Source: Macrostomum lignano (taxonomy: Eukaryota). Taken from it: a stretch of DNA of 64,000 nucleotides. The notes under the pieces were generated by a model. That model did no database searches. It saw nothing but the letters and a program-made list of their open reading frames with translations, and was not told the origin of the DNA. The position numbers and the translations under genes are program-made. The stretch lies in NCBI GenBank assembly GCA_002269645.1, contig NIVC01000807.1, positions 306,781 to 370,780 of the forward strand, read 5' to 3'. How positions within the stretch are numbered: position 1 is the first letter of the stretch; each line of letters starts with the position of its first letter. Below are positions 46,332-57,680 of the stretch, one piece after another.

Positions 46332-46881
46332 TGCTCTGATTGGTCAGTCGCAGTCAGTAGCTACCCTCACAAGATCCATCTGGACTGCTCTGATTGGTCA
46401 GTCGCAGTCAGTAGCTACCCTCACAAGATCCATCTGGACTGCTCTGATTGGTCAGTCGCAGTCAGTAGCTACCCTCACAAGATCCATCTGGACTGCTCTG
46501 ATTGGTCAGTCGCAGTCAGTAGCTACCCTCACAAGATCCATCTGGACTGCTCTGATTGGTCAGTCGCAGTCAGTAGCTACCCTCACAAGATCCATCTGGA
46601 CTGCTCTGATTGGTCAGTCGCAGTCAGTAGCTACCCTCACAAGATCCATCTGGACTGCTCTGATTGGTCAGTCGCAGTCAGTAGCTACCCTCACAAGATC
46701 CATCTGGACTGCTCTGATTGGTCAGTCGCAGTCAGTAGCTACCCTCACAAGATCCATCTGGACTGCTCTGATTGGTCAGTCGCAGTCAGTAGCTACCCTC
46801 ACAAGATCCATCTGGACTGCTCTGATTGGTCAGGCGCAGTCAGTAGCTCCTCACAAGATCCATCTGGACTGCTCTGATTGG
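46332..46881. repeat. 54-bp near-perfect minisatellite (~10 units)
   Basis: TGCTCTGATTGGTCAGTCGCAGTCAGTAGCTACCCTCACAAGATCCATCTGGAC units. Confidence 0.97.
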
Positions 46882-46928
46882 TTCCCAATTCACAAAAAGC
46901 AGAATCTGCAGCTGGCCCAGAAGTCGCA

Positions 46929-49900
46929 GCTGGGGACTGCCTGGAGCTGGTGGAGTACCGAATCCCCATGCCCTGTTCGGTCGCTGAGTACAGGCTGGGC
47001 CAGATCTACATGATAGCCAAGCACTGCAGGCAGCAGTCGCAACTGTCCGAGGGTGTCCGGGTGATGCTGAACGAGCCGTACGAGTCGCCTGAACTGGGGC
47101 CCGGCCGGTACTGTGAAAAGAAAATCTATCTGGGCAGGTGTGAGATGCAGGGATTGCTTGCATATATCTATTGGTCTCTCCCTGCGTCTCTCCCTGTGTC
47201 TCTCCGTGCGTATCTCCGTGCGTCTCTCCCTGTGTCTCTCCGTGCATCTCTCCGTGCACCCTGCGTCTCTCCCTGCGTCTCTCCGTGCATCTCTCTGTGC
47301 ACCCTGCGTCTCTCCCTGCGTTTCTCCCTGCGTCTCTCCGTGCATCTCTCTGTGCACCCTGCGTCTCTCCCTGCGTTTCTCCCTGCGTCTCTCCGTGCAT
47401 CTCTCTGTGCACCCTGCGTCTCTCCCTGCGTTTCTCCCTGCGTCTCTCCCTGCACTTCTCTCTACAGTCTGTCACTGCATCTCTCTTTCTCGACTTTTGC
47501 AACATCTGTCTCCCTAATTGCTCCCCGCATCTCTCGAAATTGCTCGCTGCATCTCCCTTAATCTCTCCCTTAATCTCCCTAATCGCTCCTTACATATCTT
47601 TTTTTAATTGTTGCTCTTTACTTTCTCAAATGCTTCGCCTTTGCCTTAATCTCCGCCCCGCTACTCTCTAGCCGCCTGGCCTCCTGGACCAACCGTCTGT
47701 TGCCAGGGGATGGGATTTTCGTGCTGGAAAAATCCTACAACCATTTTCCGACAACAAAAACAGGTACAGTATTGATTGCATTATGCAGTACATTAAGCTG
47801 TAGACGCTGTGAACAAAGTAATGAAATCATTTCTATTATTTCCTTGCAGAGTACTCGGTAAGGATGCAACTTTCAGTGTAAATCCATCATTTTCTAAACT
47901 AAAACAAGCTGATTGTTTGGCAAATTTTATCCTTCAGTGCTCCTATATTCCACGACTGAACATCCAAGTTGATACCAAATTTGTCGACTACCAAATCGAC
48001 ATTGAAAATGTAAGTTCCACCAATAAATTTCTAGAACTTTTTTACGAATATCTTCCTCTCTCCTCTCCCCCTCTCTGCCTTACCCCCTTCTCTCCCTCTC
48101 TTCTTCTCTCCCTCTCTCTCCCCCTCCCTCTCTCCCTCTCCCTGCTCGGGCTGATCGATGCCGATCTATGCTCAACAAATTCAAAGGTTGGCAGTCAATG
48201 AGCACCTGGGACATTGTCAGCGAAGACGAGAACTGGGTGTACAGCAAGCAGCAACCAGAACAGTGCATCCACAGTTGACAGCACGTCGCCTTCATAACTG
48301 GTGCGTTCGCGAAGTGTCGCTAGTGACGCAGCGTACATTGCCTGCAGGATGGTACGCGACCGAGTTTATTCCCCAGCTGATGCAAGTCCTTGCTGTAAGA
48401 CGTCCAAGGACGGACTCGACATGGGCGGGCTGCTGCGCGGCAAACTGTGGGGACCCAATTAACTCTTAGAAATCCCTCAGTCGGAGTGGGCCGGCTGCAT
48501 TTTGACGGGGGTTTAATGCAGCTGTGCAGCTGGGGAGTACGCAGAAAGTTCTGACGTTCGAGTTTTGCTAAATATGAGCATCCGGAAACTTATTGAGCGC
48601 CTCTCATACGCCAACAGATCTTCAGCTTGTCCCAATCGGACCTGGACCGCAGGCGGGTGGTAACCATCGATATCGCCGCGGACCAGCTGGATTCTAGGAA
48701 ATACCGAGCAGATGAGGTAACATCTATCTGCCAGTTATCTACCTGCTTTCTATCTGTCTAGTTGGCTGTGGCGTGCTTTGCCCCCAGCTATAAGTGTTGA
48801 TCAGCTGGTCCGCGTACACTGCGCTGCGTTTGACTACCGCAGGTGCGCCCGAACACACGTGCCCTACACGAAGAAATTCTAAAAATAGACCTATTTATTA
48901 CAAGCTATACTATATAGTCCATTCAGAAGTTGTGATTTAATTTATTATATCAATTTGTGCATACTCTACATGTAATTTAGCGTACGCGGGTACTCTCAGC
49001 ACCTCCACCCCGTGGCAGGGGTGTGATTATATAAATATAATTAGCCAATTTGCAAGGCAGAGCCATGCGGTCGGCTATCGGATGACAGTCATGCAGCAGC
49101 CGCCGCTGCCCAGCAGACTTTTGTCGGCGACTCGTCTTGTTTGTCGCGTACTGGACGCCGTTATTGAGCAGCGGCAGCAGCGGCGGACCTCTCCTTTGTG
49201 CTTCCTCGCCGAGGAGGAGTCAAGAAGGTTCTGGACGGATCGCCCGTTCAACAGCAGCCCGTCGACAACTCCGGACGCCGGCGGCCTGGTGTACAACTCC
49301 GAGGCTGACGCTGACGGAGTGACAGCAACTCAGGAGGTCGAATTCGCCGAAATCGAAGGCTGCCGAGCCACCTGTTGCTACGTGTGGTTTCTGTACACCC
49401 GGCGCGGCTCGCCCTACAAGGCCGGCCTGATTTACTCTGCCGATGGCGGCAGCTGGACTCAGTTTGTCACGGAGGGCGGCGCCGACAGCGAGCGTCTGTT
49501 GGCTAGCTACTCTGGCGAGTTCATTACGGACTGTCCGCGTTTGGCCGAGAGTTTGAGCTCGCTGTTGGACAGCTTGAAGCACATTGTGTTAAGACTGCCG
49601 CACTGATGGTCGATAAATTTTGTGCCTGACTTTCCGCAATCGAAGCATATTCGCATGCATATTGTTTGGTTTTTAATGAAGGCCGGTTTTTGCCGCCAAA
49701 AAAGCATAAGCGAGACAGGGAGTTTTCAGTTTCTTTAGCACTGAATTAAAAATATGTCACCTTCTGGACTTCAAATTGCAAATTAAGCAAACAATAGAGT
49801 ACTAGAGTACTAGAGTACTACAATAGAGTACTAGAGTACTAGAGTACTGGAGTACTACAATAGAGTACTAGAGTACCAGAGTACTGGAGTACTAGAGTAC

Positions 49901-52045
49901 TACAATACAGAGTACTAGAGTACTAAAACACAGAGTACTAGAGTACTACAATAAAGTACTAGAGTACTCTAGAGTACTGGAGTACTTGAGTACTTGAGAT
50001 TAGAGACTACAGACGATACTGAAGAGACCCCGTGTATCAGCAATGTTCCAGAGAAACTTCTAGCCAGATTTCTTCCCAGTGTGCAGAAAGCAAAGCTCTG
50101 CAAAACCCATTTAGAGATTGCACTCGAGAAAATTGGGAATCACTTAGCTTAAAACTGGAAAAGCTCCTGGATTGTACCAATGCACAACTGGCACAACTGG
50201 CGAGTGTAGTGGCCTTCCTACTTTGGTTGTTCACGCGTGTGCCTTTTTCTGTGGTTAGGCCTAATTAAATGTAAATGTAATAATAATCATTCATCGTAAT
50301 TTTGGAATGCGTTATCTAAACGGTTTTTATAACTGCTAAGTTTATTTCTGTGTGTTCGAACTATTAATTAGATTAATATAATGCAGTCAATCTTAGCCGA
50401 TAAAAAAGTGAATTTGCATCCTGCATGCAACATCTGCACTCAATTTAAAAGTACGGTCAATATATAAAATTTGTATGTCATTTTTAACTTCGATTGATAA
50501 AAGCAATGCTTTTCATTTCGTTGACCCTAAGCCGATCTATATTATATAAAACATATTGCATTGGCGAGATGGGAAGTTTTCAGTTTTTTTAGCGCTGAAT
50601 TCCCAATTTCCCAATATCTAGGTGTTTTGTCCGAGGTGCCCTCACAAGTTCATTGAGCATCCAGGAACATGCTACTGGAAATCATGTTTCTACAAAGTTG
50701 TTTTTACGAAATGATAATGCTACACATTATTTGGCGCTTGATACGCGCCACCCAAGTTGTAAGCATAATATTCAACTCGGAGAATCTCTATTATATCCTA
50801 TCCAATACTGAAAAAAACTTCAAAGGATGTGTCGCAGCTGACCTCGCCAACTGGGCGCCTGCCGCTTCTGCCCGGATGGCAGAGCCGCGCCAGGCCGCTG
50901 CACTGCTGCTACAAGCTGGTGAGAGCCGCCTTCCCGGTGTGGGGCCTTCAGACTCGGGTGGAGGCTTACGTGCAGGACCGCCTCGTCCAACAGCTGTTGC
51001 TGCATGCCCACAGGCAGGCGGCCGCGTGGATGGACAACTGGCTGGGTGAGCGGTCTGTGAGATATCATCATATCTCATCAAAGGGCCAGGAGATATCATA
51101 TCTCATCAAAGGGCCGGGAGATATCATATCTCATCAAAGGGCCGGGAGATATCATATCTCATCAAAGGGCTGGGAGAGATAGCGGCTCATCAAAGGGCTG
51201 GGAGAGATAGCGGCTCATCAAAGGGCTGGGAGAGATAGCGGCTCATCAAAGGGTTGGGAGAGATAGCGGCTCATCAAAGGGCTGGGAGAGATAGCGGCTC
51301 ATCAAAGGGTTGGGAGAGATAGCGGCTTATCAAAGGGTTTGGAGAGATAGCGGCTCATCAAAGGGTTGGGAGAGATAGCGGCTCATCAAAGGGTTGGTAG
51401 AGATAGCAGCTCATCAAAGGGTTGGTAGAGATAGCGGCTCATCAAAGGGTTGGTAGAGATAGCGGCTCATCAAAGGGGATGGGAGAGATAGCGGCTCATC
51501 AAGGGGCTGGGAGAGATAGCGACTCATCAAAGGGCTGGGAGAGATAGCAGCTCATCAAGGGGCTGGGAGAGATAGCGGCTCATCAAAGGGGATGGGAGAG
51601 ATAGCGGCTCATCAAGGGGCTGGGAGAGATAGCGACTCATCAAAGGGTTGGGAGAGATAGCGGCTCATCAAAGGGGCTGGGAGAGATAGCGGCTCATCAA
51701 AGGGGATGGGAGAGATAGCGGCTCATCAAAGGGTTGGGAGAGATAGCGGCTCATCAAAGGGGCTGGGAGAGATAGCGGCTCATCAAAGGGGATGGGAGAG
51801 ATAGCGGCTCATCAAAGGGGATGGGAGAGATAGAGGCTCATCAAAGGGGATGGGAGAGATAGCGGCTCTATAATATTTCGCTCTAATATTTCATCCATAC
51901 TTTTACACAAGGCCTATCCGAGGACGAGATCAGAACCATCGAGAGTCAGCTATTCGACGAGACAAACCGTCTAGTAGAGGGCGAGTCGGTCAATGCCGAA
52001 ACAGAAGAAGAACAGGAGGCTGACAGAGATGATGCAGAGCATTGA
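46929..52045 (+). CDS. PITPNC1: Phosphatidylinositol transfer protein, PITPNC1/RdgB-beta-like; exons <46929..47137,47672..47763,47850..47857,47938..48009,48618..48716,50826..51045,51912..52045; start codon not found
   Basis: EYRIPMPCSVAEYRLGQIYMIAKH, EKSYNHFP, CCYKLV..VWGLQTRVE, HRQAAAWMDNW; exon phases join if the 8-nt exon is used. Confidence 0.85.
47175..47460. repeat. 12-bp-based CT-rich tandem repeat, PITP intron
   Basis: TCTCCCTGCGTC-type units. Confidence 0.85.
49082..49606 (+). CDS. Unknown 174-aa ORF nested in a PITP intron
   Basis: GC-rich, non-repetitive, coding-like composition; TATATAAA at 49028-49035. Confidence 0.55.
   Translation: MTVMQQPPLPSRLLSATRLVCRVLDAVIEQRQQRRTSPLCFLAEEESRRFWTDRPFNSSPSTTPDAGGLVYNSEADADGVTATQEVEFAEIEGCRATCCYVWFLYTRRGSPYKAGLIYSADGGSWTQFVTEGGADSERLLASYSGEFITDCPRLAESLSSLLDSLKHIVLRLPH
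49790..50000. repeat. 8-bp repeat (TAGAGTAC) with 13-bp variants
   Basis: Direct observation. Confidence 0.9.
51055..51870. repeat. 28-bp minisatellite (TGGGAGAGATAGCGGCTCATCAAAGGGC), last PITP intron
   Basis: Direct observation. Confidence 0.95.
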
Positions 52046-52739
52046 CCGCAAAAATTGCTTTTCACCAAGCGTCAAATACAAAAAACGATCATTGAGATTC
52101 ACCTAAGGCTAAAAACAAAAATTGCAACCATTAGATAAACTAAATAAAATTGAAAACAAGACGACACTTTTAGAAGGATTTCTATACTTCAATGTCGTTC
52201 AAATACTGAGAAAAAAGTTGCTTATATATTTATTCAGACTCGTTTATAAATCTTTTTTTAAACATGCAACGCAAAATAGTAACTCAAAAAGCTATTGCAC
52301 AATGTTTGAGTCAATAATTTTCCCATAAGAGTTTTATTGTATAGTAATAAAGAAAGACAAAAATGTAAATTCTTTTTAATACTACTGACAATCGATGAGT
52401 AGTAAAAAGGGGCATGCAAATCGGTAGCAAAAAATATCTAGTGTAAAAATTTGGCGCAGAAATACTGGAAAATTTCAGATAGCATATCGATAGGGCAGAA
52501 TATGCGATTATTGGCACGCATTCGAGACTCAGCACCTCGGGCAAGCAGCAGCAGCCAGTCATTATTCATTAAATATGACATTCAGTTGCATACATAAAAT
52601 ATTCAGTTAAAAACGTTTCTTGAATAAAACTTTTTTATTCTCTTTGCAAAACCAAGCCAGATACTGAAATAATAAGACTCACATTGATTCAAACCCGTAA
52701 AAAAGTTTAGAATCCCTAGATAGATTTCTGGCATTTAGA

Positions 52740-54070
52740 TTTGATAGGGAAGATTTTTGGCATTAAGAATCCCATAGGGGAGATTTTGGCATTTAGATCG
52801 ATAGGGAGATTTCCCCATAGGGGAGATTTCTGGCATTTAGGGGAGATTTCTGGCATTTAGATCCCCTAGGAGATTTCTGGCATTTAGAATCCCCTAGGGA
52901 GATTTCTGGCATTTAGAATCCCTAGGGAGATTTCTGGCATTTAGAATCCCCTAGGGAGATTTCTGGCATTTAGAATCCCCTAGGGAGATTTCTGGATTTA
53001 GAATCCCCTAAGGGAGATTTCTGGATTTAGAATCCCCTAGGGAGATTTCTGGCATTTAGAATCCCTAGGGAGATTTCTGGCATTTAGAATCCCCTAGGGA
53101 GATTTCTGGCATTTAGAATCCTAAGAGAGATTTCTGGCATTTAGAATCCCCTAAGGGAGATTTCTGGCATTTAGAATCCCCTAGGGAGATTTCTGGCATT
53201 TAGAATCCTCTAAGGGAGATTTCTGGCATTTAGAATCCCCTAGGGAGATTTCTGGCATTTAGAATCCCCTAGGGAGATTTCTGGCATTTAGAATCCCCTA
53301 GGGAGATTTCTGGCAAGAATCCCTAAGGGAGATTTCTGGCATTTAGAATCCTCTAAGGGAGATTTCTGGCATTTAGAATCCTCTAAGGGAGATTTCTGGC
53401 ATTTAGAATCCCCTAGGGAGATTTCTGGCATTTAGAATCCCCTAAGGGAGATTTCTGGCATTTAGAATCCCCTAGGGAAATTTCTGGCATTTAGAATCCC
53501 CTAAGGGAGATTTCTGGCATTTAGAATCCCCTATTTCTGGCATTTAGAATCCTCTAAGAGAGATTTCTGGCATTTAGAATCCCCTAGGAGATTTCTGGCA
53601 TTTAGAATCCCTAGGGAGATTTCTGGCATTTAGAATCCCCTAGGGAGATTTCTGGCATTTAGAATCCCCTAGGGAGATTTCTGGCATTTAGAATCCCCTA
53701 GGGAGATTTCTGGCAAGAATCCCCTAGGGAGATTTCTGGCATTTAAATCCCCTAAGGGAGATTTCTGGAATTTAGAATCCCCTAAGGGAGATTTCTGGCA
53801 TTTAGAATCCCCTAGGGAGATTTCTGGCATTTAGAATCCTCTAAGAGAGATTTCTGGCATTAAGAATTCCCTAGGGGATTTCTGGCATTTAGAATCTAGG
53901 GAGATTTCTGGCATTTAGAATCCCCTAGGGAGATTTCTGGCATTTAGAATCCCCTAGGGAGATTTCTGGCATTTAGAATCCCCTAGGGAGGGCATTTAGA
54001 TTTCTGGCATTTAGAATCCTCTAAGGGAGATTTCTGGCATTAACAATTCCCTAGGGGGATTTCCCCATAG
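52740..54070. repeat. 29-bp minisatellite (GAGATTTCTGGCATTTAGAATCCCCTAGG)
   Basis: Direct observation; many irregular indels. Confidence 0.95.
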
Positions 54071-54099
54071 GGGGAATCGATCCGACAATCATTCCCAAT

Positions 54100-54752
54100 G
54101 GTAAATAAAGCACTAAAATCTCTAAAGATACTACTTGATAAGTAATCAGCACATTGGCCAGACCGCTGGTGCAGAGATTCAATCAGATCAGTCGCTGTCC
54201 CATTCGTCAGAACTGACGCAGTCGTCATCGTCACTGGAGTAGTCGGTCCGGCGGCAGCCCGCACAAGTACCGTGCGTGCCCTGGTACACACCGATCAGGT
54301 ATTTCTCCAGATCGGCAGCCAGCGAGTTGCTGGGAGCGACGGCAGGAACCGACGGCCGCCTGGGCTTGCCAATTAGGCCCAGCGGAACCTGCGGCTTCGG
54401 CGGCGGAGGAGGCGGTGGAGGAGCCGGCGGTGGGGCGGTGGTGGGGGCGGTGGTGGGGCGGTGGTGGGGGCGGGGGAGGCGCTGGCGCGGCCGGAGCGGA
54501 GACGGCGCTCGTGGAATTCGAAGGCAGCAGCGGCGGAACGCTCGGCACAGGCGGAGGCGGCGGGCGCGGACGGCGCGGCTTCTCCGGCGCCGGTTTTGGC
54601 TGCGCCGCCGCCGGGACCTGGAAGAGGCAAGAGGGATTCAATGGGGTTGAGTAGCATAGCGGTAACGCGTCCGACTCGAGACCAACCAACTAACTTACTA
54701 ACTAACTGACTGACTAACTGACTATCTGACTGACTAACTGACTAACTAACTG

Positions 54753-54808
<56 letters not shown>

Positions 54809-54809
54809 G

Positions 54810-54868
<59 letters not shown>

Positions 54869-54869
54869 G

Positions 54870-54909
<40 letters not shown>

Positions 54910-55065
54910 TACTAACTAACTAACTAAATAACTAACTGAATAACTAACTAACTGACTGACTAACTAACTAACTAACTAACTGACTAACTAACTAACTGAC
55001 TGACTAACTAACTAACTAACTGACTAACTAACTAACTGGCTAACTTACAAACAAAACAAACAAAA

Positions 55066-55133
<68 letters not shown>

Positions 55134-56085
55134 ATAACTAACTAACTAACTGACTGACTAACTAACTAACTAACTAACTGACTAACTAACTAACTGACTG
55201 ACTAACTAACTAACTAACTGACTAACTAACTAACTGGCTAACTTACAAACAAACAAACAACAAATAACTAACTAACTAACTAACTAATCAACTAACTGAC
55301 TAACGTAGCCATCTGCATTTTAAACGAGAAGATACACATGACCCACATTCCACAAAACAAAAGGAGGGTGGGAGCGATTCTTATGGAGGGGGGGCGATTC
55401 TTATGGAGGGTGGGGGCGATTCTTATGGAAGGCAATCAATAGCGCGAGCCCCAGACACTAAACCAAGCAGTTATCGCAGTAAAAATCTGCTCTCACCAAC
55501 TTGCTATCCGCATTCACACTCGACTTCACCCTCCTCAAAGACAGCCGCCGACCAAACCCGCTGCCGCCACCGCCGCTGCGAATAGGCCGCGAGGCCGGGG
55601 CCAGAGCTGGCTCAGCTACTTGCCTAGCCGGGCCCATCTTCAGTGCCTGCAGCTTGACGCACTGGCCCAGCCTAGCCCCCTCGTCCAAGCCGGTGTCGCA
55701 GTCGGCAAAACAAAAACCGACAACACAATTAGCCGCCTCGAAGTGATGAAAGAAGTCGTAGGCGCTGTGGTACTGCATGCCGGATACAGGTCCTGGTCTA
55801 GCGCCGGCTCCTGCCGGATGTTGTCCATGTCGTAGAACTGCACGGCGAATCGATGGCCGGGCGGCGGACAAAGCAGACGACGCCGGTGGCCAGTGGCACC
55901 CAGCGGCTTGGCGGCGGCGTCTCCTGGCCGCGGTACAGCCGGGCCACGGCGCTGGCCAAGCACTGACAGCCGCTGCGGGCCAGACAGGCTGACAGGGCGG
56001 ACTGTTCACCTGGCGTCAGCAGCTCGCTCCAGCTGTGACTGACGCCGCCACCGCCGCTGCCGCTGCTGCTGTCGTTATCTGCAGC
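54100..56085 (-). CDS. WASP/N-WASP-like WH1 (EVH1) plus polyproline protein; frameshifted as assembled, ends approximate
   Basis: SELLTPGEQSALSACLARSGCQCLASAVARLY..RWVPLATGVVCFVR, LDQDLY, FFHHFEAANCVVGFCFAD align to the WASP WH1 pattern across two 1-nt frameshifts; Pro-rich exon below 54617. No CRIB or acidic tail recognised. Confidence 0.7.
54680..55305. repeat. (ACTA)n microsatellite in the WASP-like intron
   Basis: Direct observation; abuts a tRNA-like A-box fragment at ~54640-54680. Confidence 0.95.
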
Positions 56086-56139
56086 CTATAGTGTGCATTA
56101 TGCAGAAACTTTTATGAATATCAGAGCAGTTCTAACTGA

Positions 56140-56550
56140 GATTTCAGATCTATAAGTGGGCTGGGGCGGAACCAATTCAGATCTATAAATGGGCTGAGAC
56201 GGAACCGATTCAGATCTATAAGTGGTCTTAAGCAGAACCGATTTTCAGATCTATAAGTGGGCTTAAGCAGAACCGATTCAGATCTATAAGAGGTCTTAAG
56301 CAGAACCGATTCAGATCTATAAGAAGTCTTAAGCAGAACTGATTCAGATCTATAAGAGGTCTTAAGCAGAACCGATTCAGATCTATAAGAAGTCTTAAGC
56401 AGAACTGATTCAGATCTATAAGAGGTCTTAAGCAGAACTGATTCAGATCTATAAGAGGTCTTAAGCAGAACCGATTCAGATCTATAAGTGGGCTTAAGCA
56501 GAACCGATTCAGATCTATAAGTAGGCTGGGGCGGAACCGATTCAGATCTA
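56140..56550. repeat. 33-bp minisatellite (TTCAGATCTATAAGAGGTCTTAAGCAGAACCGA)
   Basis: Direct observation. Confidence 0.93.
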
Positions 56551-56720
56551 ATTTCCGCATAATCTAAAAAAGTACACCATAGACTTCAATACACGGCTAC
56601 TCCACAGAGGTTTTAAAATAATTGTGTAAAAACAAAAGCTGAAAATTATTCTCTAACAGAAAATATTTTATTTACAAAAATAGCCAGACTAAATCACTCT
56701 AATGACAGGTATTACTTAAG

Positions 56721-57178
56721 TTATTCATTGCAAGGCAGAGCAGACAGGCCATAGGCGAACAGAGCCGCATAGGCCTGTATCTGGCCAATCTTACTGCAGG
56801 CTGCCTCTCGCTCAGCCTCCACGCTGGCCAGGCGGGCACTGGCAAACTCTGCAGCCTCATCCAAGCTCATCTCCAGATGCACATCCATACCAATGTTAAC
56901 GCACAAGCAGCGCTTAAAATCTGACTGTTTAGTTCCAACAGCGACGCGAGCTTGGACGAAAAATTCGCAGCAAGATCGCCGAGAACATTGATGAAGCCAT
57001 GCTGGCTGCACTCAGACTCCAACGTGCTACAGTCTGGCGCAGTGCTTGCAACTGCTCAATGTCTCTGTCAAGCTGGTTCCGCCTGCTTAGCCAGGCCTCC
57101 AGATCGGCTAGCAGCTCATTGCGCAGAAAGGCGCGAAAATCTGTCTAACTGGTCTGGCTGCGGCTGAACTGATGCCAT
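56721..57178 (-). CDS. UXT: Prefoldin alpha-type protein, UXT-like; frameshifted as assembled
   Basis: FRAFLRNELLADL..., GDL(G)CEFFVQARV, CVNIGMDVHLEMSLDEAAEF, IGQIQAYAALFAYGL match the UXT pattern across three 1-nt shifts. Confidence 0.65.
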
Positions 57179-57524
57179 GCTATTGATATTTGGCTAACTG
57201 GGGGCCATACTGCTGAAATTGCAGACAAAGTTAGTAGTGGGAAATTGCTTTCACAACAATTTTATTCGATTTCAAAAAGTTTGCCAAAAACCTTCTGTGA
57301 CTTGAGACATTACTGATATATACTTATTACTATAGTTTTAAATAAAGCTACCAATTTTACAATATTATAGAATAGGCCTAATAAACTAAAAAGGTCTATA
57401 AAGGTATATTAAAAGGTCTGATTGAAAGATACTTTTAAGCAGAAAATTTATAAATAAAACTTTGATTATACAATTATAGCTTAAATAGTAAATTATAATA
57501 ATACTATAGACCAAAATATATGGG

Positions 57525-57680
57525 ATTGTAGCCTTCTAGTAAGAGTGAAAGACTTATGACCAAAAGATTAGGGTTCAATTCTTGGCCTATCTAAAGCAAT
57601 TTGTATCCCTAGGAGACACTTAATTCTGTTTGCTTCAGTTTATCTAGCTAAAAAATAGGCACTATCATTGTATTATTAGT
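57525..57680 (+). mobile_element. Heavily decayed copy of the same SINE family
   Basis: GGGATTGTAGCC.., GGGTTCAATTC, AGACACTTAATTC remnants. Confidence 0.5.

Noticed and set aside
46332-46881. CRISPR-like appearance of regular arrays (also 23024..23392, 52740..54070)
   Set aside because: Units are contiguous with no unique spacers, there are no cas genes, and the context is eukaryotic.
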